Source: Pseudomonadota bacterium (GTDB lineage: Bacteria; Bdellovibrionota_G; JALEGL01; DATDPG01). Taken from it: a stretch of DNA of 13,161 bases. Positions 8,828 through 13,161 of the stretch are shown piece by piece; the first letter of the stretch is position 1, and each line of letters starts with the position of its first letter. The position numbers and the translations under genes are program-made. The notes under the pieces were generated by a model that saw only the letters and a list, made by a program, of their open reading frames with translations, did not search any database and was not told the DNA's origin. Location: assembly GCA_043804515.1 (NCBI GenBank), contig JAZDIZ010000150.1, forward strand, positions 1-13,161. Direction: 5' to 3'.

Positions 8828-9049
8828 ATCAGGCCGCGGTGGGGCCGGTAGCTCCGGCCGCTGTGGAAAGCTGCGCTCTCCACCTTCTAGAGAGGGCGAC
8901 TCGCCACCCCAAGGGTGCCGGCTCGTCGCCGTCATTGTAGTTGCCCAGAGGCAACGGAAGGTCGCCGGCAATCTTAGGCTACGCTGCCGGAGATTCCCGG
9001 CGCCCCAGGTCGAGCGCTTCTCTTTCGATCGTAGGGTATGTCTTCTGCG

Positions 9050-9847
9050 TTAGGGGGGAGGGGGCGCGTAAGAGGAAAAGACGAACTCGACCCGCCGGTT
9101 TTTCTTTCGGCCGGCCTCGTTGGCGTTGGTGGCCAGCGGGTGGAATTCCCCGAATCCAGCCGCCGAAAGGCGCCGCCCTTCCACACCGGCCAGTTCCAGT
9201 TGGCGGAGCGCCTTCAGGGCCTTAGCCGTCGACCAATCCCACTCGGCCAAATACTTCTTTTTCAGAACGCCGCTCAAACCGGCGGAATCGGTGTGCCCCT
9301 CCACGGAGACTTTCCATTCCGGGGCTTTTCGAAGGAGGGAGGCCAGTTTTTCGAGTAATTTTTTACCCGCAGGCTGAAGCTGGTCTCTCCCGGGTACGAA
9401 CAGAACCGGATCCTCCGCCACGGCGGCCGGGCCTTCCGGCCTGGAGATGAGCGTCACCTCGCCCGTGTCGATTTCCTCCTTCAACGCCGTGGCTAGGTCA
9501 TCGGCAAGTTGTTTTTGCCGGGCCTTCTCTTTCTCCCGTGCGTCCCGCTCCTCCTTCGTCCGGACCATTTCTTTCTGGGATTCGATGCACTTGTTGGCGA
9601 ACTCCGAGTTCTTCCCGGCCAACATCTGGTTGGTCGTCGAGAGCTCCGTGTTTCGGACGTCCAGATCGGAATTTTGCTTCTTGGCGTCCTCGTATTTCAA
9701 GCGAAGCTGGTCCCGTTCCGCCGCGGCGCTCTTGAGGGCCTCGGAGCACTTGAGCTGATCCGTAACGGTTTGATCGTACTGGGTTTTCAGGACGCATCCC
9801 GAAAGCCCCAAAGTAGCGGCGGCAAGTAGGGCAAGAAATCTGGTCAT
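9050..9847 (-). CDS. Lipoprotein with coiled coil and C-terminal OmpA/MotB-like peptidoglycan-binding domain
   Basis: Signal peptide and lipobox MTRFLALLAAATLGLSG-C, a long helical K/E/Q-rich segment, then LFVPG...VSVEGHTDS...AGFGEFHPLATN...KNRRVE. ATG at 9847 chosen. Confidence 0.88.
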   Translation of the reverse strand: MTRFLALLAAATLGLSGCVLKTQYDQTVTDQLKCSEALKSAAAERDQLRLKYEDAKKQNSDLDVRNTELSTTNQMLAGKNSEFANKCIESQKEMVRTKEERDAREKEKARQKQLADDLATALKEEIDTGEVTLISRPEGPAAVAEDPVLFVPGRDQLQPAGKKLLEKLASLLRKAPEWKVSVEGHTDSAGLSGVLKKKYLAEWDWSTAKALKALRQLELAGVEGRRLSAAGFGEFHPLATNANEAGRKKNRRVEFVFSSYAPPPP

Positions 9848-9900
9848 CCCCACCAATTTGCCGCAGCAAGATCGTGAAAGCAACGACGTCCTGATACAAT

Positions 9901-11010
9901 ATGGCCATGCCCGACTTCTTTTCCGAAGCCACCGCCGGTTTCTTCCGCCCGATCGAATCGTTTCTCTCGAACCCCGAGATCACCGAAGTGATGGTGAACG
10001 GGCCTTCGGAGGTGTACGTCGAACAGAAGGGGAAAATCCTCAAAACCGACGCCCGATTCGACGATGAGGAGCAGCTGATGGCGGCGGTCCGCCGCGTGGC
10101 TCAGGCCGTTGGCCGGGTCGTGGACGAGCAGAACCCGACGCTGGACGCCCGTTTGCCGGACGGCTCTCGCGTGCACGTCGTGCTTCCTCCCGCCGCCCGG
10201 CGGGGGATCTACCTGAGCATCCGGAAGTTCGCCAAGACCATGCTGAACCTAAAGCAGCTGGTGGACGCCCACGTGCTCTCAGTGCCTATGGCCAAGTTCC
10301 TCAATCTGAGCGTGGCGCTGGCGAAAAACATCATAGTCTCGGGTGGAACGTCTTCGGGGAAAACCACGCTCCTCAACGTGATCTCGACGCTGATCCCGCC
10401 GGATCAGAGGATCATCGTGATCGAGGACGCGGGAGAGCTTCAGCTTCAGCAGGAGCACATCCTGCCGATGGAAACGCGCCCCGGCGACGTGGACGGCAAG
10501 GGGAAGCTCACCATGCGGGACCTCCTCAAATCGTCCCTCCGGATGAGGCCCGACCGGATCGTGATCGGCGAGGTGCGAGGGGGGGAGGCCTTCGATCTTT
10601 TGCAGGCCATGAACACGGGGCATTCGGGTTGTATGTCCACCGTGCACGCCAACACGCCGGGGGACGCGCTGATGCGCCTTGAAACCCTGGGCCTGATGGC
10701 GGACGTGGAGCTGCCCTGGCGTGCCATGAGGAGCCAGGTGGCGTCGGCGATCGACATCGTCGTGCAAACGTCCCGTTTAAGGGACGGTTCCAGAAAGATC
10801 ACGTACATTTCCGAGGTGATCGGGTTGACCGATGCGGGGGAGTACCAAGTTCACGACCTGTTCCTCCACCAAATCGAGTCGATTGATGACTAGGGGATGA
10901 TCCGCGGCAAACACGTCGCGACGGGCGCCGTGCCGACGTTCCTGGCCGAGGCGAAGGCCCAAGGCTACACCGTGGACGAGTCGCTCTTCAGTGCAGGTAA
11001 GAAGAAATAA
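9901..11010 (+). CDS. cpaF: CpaF/TadA-family secretion ATPase with an in-frame TAG at 10891-10893 (conventional ORF 9901-10893)
   Basis: ITEVMVNG, DARLPDGSRV, SIRKF, Walker A GGTSSGKTT, IED..EL, LRMRPDRIVIGEVRG, AMNTGHSG.MSTVHAN. The frame continues past TAG as GMIRGKHVATGAVPTFLAEAKAQGYTVDESLFSAGKKK to TAA at 11008-11010. Start may be ATG 9907. Confidence 0.88.
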
Positions 11011-11024
11011 AATCCTAAACCTCG

Positions 11025-11133
11025 CATGTGTGCAGGCCGACGGGTTGTGCACCCCCATCGCTGCAAGTTTTCGCGACGGGGACCCCCAACCCGCCGACCG
11101 TTGAACCCTGGTAATTAGCGCCTTTACGCGCCA
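11025..11133 (+). repeat. Structured interspersed repeat, copy C
   Basis: CATGTGTGCAGGCCGACGGGTTG-TGCACCCCCATCGC-TGCAAGTTTTC-GCGACGGGG-ACCCC-CAACCCGCCGACC...TGGTAATTAGCGCCTTTACGCGCCA. Starts 14 bp after TAA 11010. Confidence 0.9.
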
Positions 11134-11423
11134 TTGGCTGTTCCCAGAGCGATTTCAAACACGTCGCGCAATGTGCGTTCGACCTTCGTCCAGATACAAC
11201 GTGGACGAAACAGGCCGCTCGCCCGTGTCAGCCTTCAGGGGTGATAGGAAGCGGAAATCGGAACCGGTCGCATCGATGCATCTTATAGCGCGACCGGTGA
11301 GCGCCGAATTTACGGTCTCCTTGGAAGGCGCGGCGGAGGGGTTGCTTTCGATAGGTCCGCGCGATATTGGGTGATTGATGAAAATTGTCCTCCCGACAAT
11401 GAGCCCGTTTGCGAGGTCCACCC

Positions 11424-12821
11424 ATGCTTAATTTCATCATCAACAACAGAGAAGTGGAAACCGAGGCGCCCTACGGTAGTTCGCTGGTGGATTACATCCG
11501 CGGCGAATTGCATCTATACGGCACAAAAATAGGTTGTCGCGAAGGGGATTGCGGAGCGTGCATGATCCTGGTCGGAGAAATCAGGGACGGCGGATTGAAA
11601 TATCGGACGATGAACTCCTGCCTCATGCCCCTGGGAAATGCCAACCACAAACACATTGTCACCATTGAAGGCATCAACGGCCCCGAACTCACCCCAATCC
11701 AGGCCGCTCTTGTCGACAACAACGGAACGCAGTGCGGCTTTTGCACTCCCGGTTTGGTTTTGTCTCTTTACGGTTTTTGCTTGAGCGTCGACAAGGAAAA
11801 AACCATTGAGAACGCCATAGAAACCATCGCCGGCAATATCTGCCGTTGCACGGGATACAAATCCATCGAAAAAACCGCCTTGGCCGTCGTCAAGAAATTG
11901 CAGCCCATGGGCAAGGCCAACGCCGTGGAGTGGCTGGTGAGCAATAAATTTCTGCCGGATTATTTTTTGAATATCCCGGGAAGATTAAGAACGATCACTC
12001 CGACCGAAACACCTGCGGTAAAAGAATCCGGGCTTATTATCGCCGGAGGAACCGACATATTGCTGCAAGATCCGGAAAGCGCCGTTGCATCCGACAACGT
12101 GAACCTCGTTCTTGGAGCGAGGGAATACGATCGGATCAAGTTTTCAGGCGGTGAATGCCATATCGGATCGACCGTCTCGTTCGAAGATCTGAAAGAATCC
12201 AAAGAACTCAACAAATATTTTCCGAAACTGAATGACTATCTCAAGTTGACCGGCGCGACTGCCATAAGAAACATGGCCACCGTCGGTGGAAACATCGCCA
12301 ACGGTTCACCGATCGGAGATCTCAGTGTCATGATGATGGCCCTTGATGCCACCCTCATCCTCGGGCACAAAGGCAAAACCAGGAAATTGAAACTGAAGGA
12401 TTTCTTCACAGGGTACAAGACAGTGAATAAAGATCCCGAGGAATTCATTCAGTGGATCTATTTCGATCTTCCGGACGAAAAAACGCACTTCAGTTTTGAA
12501 AAGATAAGCAAACGGGACCATCTGGATATGGCTACCGTCAATTCGGCAATGCGCGTCGTCCTTGATGGCGGCGTTATCAAAAAGGCTTCGTTCACCGTCG
12601 GCGGCCTTGGGTCTACCATTAGATATCTGGCGAAAACGGCCGAATATTTGATCGGCAAGAAGATAAACAATCAGACATTCAAAGAAGCCAACGGCATCGC
12701 CCAGGGCGAAATCACCCCGCGCAGTCGGCCCGAATACAAGCGGGCTCTCGTGAGGCAGGAACTTTTCATACACCTGATGAGTTTTTCACCGGGAACGATC
12801 TCTCTGGAGGCATTGCGATGA
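11424..12821 (+). CDS. xdhA: Xanthine dehydrogenase-like small subunit (two [2Fe-2S] clusters plus FAD domain)
   Basis: GTKIGCREGDCGAC, QCGFCTPG, GNICRCTGY, IAGGTD, IRNMATVGGNIANGSPIGD. ATG at 11424 with GAGG at 11413-11416. Confidence 0.88.
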   Translation: MLNFIINNREVETEAPYGSSLVDYIRGELHLYGTKIGCREGDCGACMILVGEIRDGGLKYRTMNSCLMPLGNANHKHIVTIEGINGPELTPIQAALVDNNGTQCGFCTPGLVLSLYGFCLSVDKEKTIENAIETIAGNICRCTGYKSIEKTALAVVKKLQPMGKANAVEWLVSNKFLPDYFLNIPGRLRTITPTETPAVKESGLIIAGGTDILLQDPESAVASDNVNLVLGAREYDRIKFSGGECHIGSTVSFEDLKESKELNKYFPKLNDYLKLTGATAIRNMATVGGNIANGSPIGDLSVMMMALDATLILGHKGKTRKLKLKDFFTGYKTVNKDPEEFIQWIYFDLPDEKTHFSFEKISKRDHLDMATVNSAMRVVLDGGVIKKASFTVGGLGSTIRYLAKTAEYLIGKKINNQTFKEANGIAQGEITPRSRPEYKRALVRQELFIHLMSFSPGTISLEALR

Positions 12822-13161
12822 AAAACATCGACTCGCGTTCCCACGTCAGGGGGGAATCAATCTACGTGAACGATATTCCGGTCAGAGAAGATACCCTTTT
12901 CGGAGTTGTCTTGGGTTCGCCGGTCGCTCACGGAAAATTGAAGAAAATTGATTTCTCGGCGGCGCTGGGAATGGAAGGCGTCGAGGCCGTGATTTCGGCA
13001 AAGGATATCACCGGCGAAAACCAAATCGGCAGCATCATTCAGGACGAAGAACTATTCGCCGATAAAGAGGTCCATTTCGTCGGCATGCCGATCGCCCTGG
13101 TCTGCGCGAGAACGGAAGCGATCGCCAGAAAAGCGGTCGGAAAGATCGAAGTTGATATCGA
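12818..13161 (+). CDS. xdhB: Xanthine dehydrogenase-like molybdopterin-binding subunit, N-terminal part (runs off the window)
   Basis: ATGA overlap with xdhA. Own translation: MKNIDSRSHVRGESIYVNDIP...SPVAHGKLKKIDFSAALGMEGVEAVISAKDITGENQIG...LFADKEVHFVGMPIALVCA, the a/b hammerhead domain of XdhB. Not in the ORF track because no stop is inside the window. Confidence 0.88.
   Translation, partial: MKNIDSRSHVRGESIYVNDIPVREDTLFGVVLGSPVAHGKLKKIDFSAALGMEGVEAVISAKDITGENQIGSIIQDEELFADKEVHFVGMPIALVCARTEAIARKAVGKIEVDI

Noticed and set aside
8841..8915. GGGCCGGTAGCTC resembles a tRNA 5' end
   Set aside because: No D-loop GG, anticodon arm, TTCGA T-loop or matching acceptor strand. It closes as a simple local hairpin.
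111..11133. Repeats as integron attC sites or CRISPR repeats
   Set aside because: Stems run GTT...AAC rather than RYYYAAC...GTTRRRY, the copies are dispersed and flank housekeeping genes, there is no regular repeat-spacer period, and no integrase or cas gene is present.
11155..11513. Short ORFs upstream of xdhA (11155-11421, 11171-11374, 11228-11446, 11310-11513)
   Set aside because: Mutually overlapping, no motifs, no clear RBS; treated as non-coding leader.

Overview
GC-rich bacterial chromosomal window, Deltaproteobacteria/Bdellovibrionota-like by inference from the short EF-Ts, multi-PDZ RseP and rseP-tsaB linkage. Most of it is a minus-strand housekeeping operon: rpsB-tsf-pyrH-frr-uppS-dxr-rseP-tsaB-lepB, with a recognisable promoter and S2 autoregulatory leader, but no cdsA. 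A divergent pair follows: an OmpA/MotB-domain lipoprotein and an orphan CpaF/TadA ATPase whose frame is interrupted by one in-frame TAG 38 codons before an apparent true stop. The window ends in a more AT-rich xdhA-xdhB (xanthine dehydrogenase-like) locus. The most interesting non-coding signal is a ~100-110 bp structured repeat present three times (111-211, 603-712 inverted, 11025-11133) with compensatory base changes, two copies lying just 3' of genes. A second, unrelated nested-palindrome element lies between rseP and tsaB.
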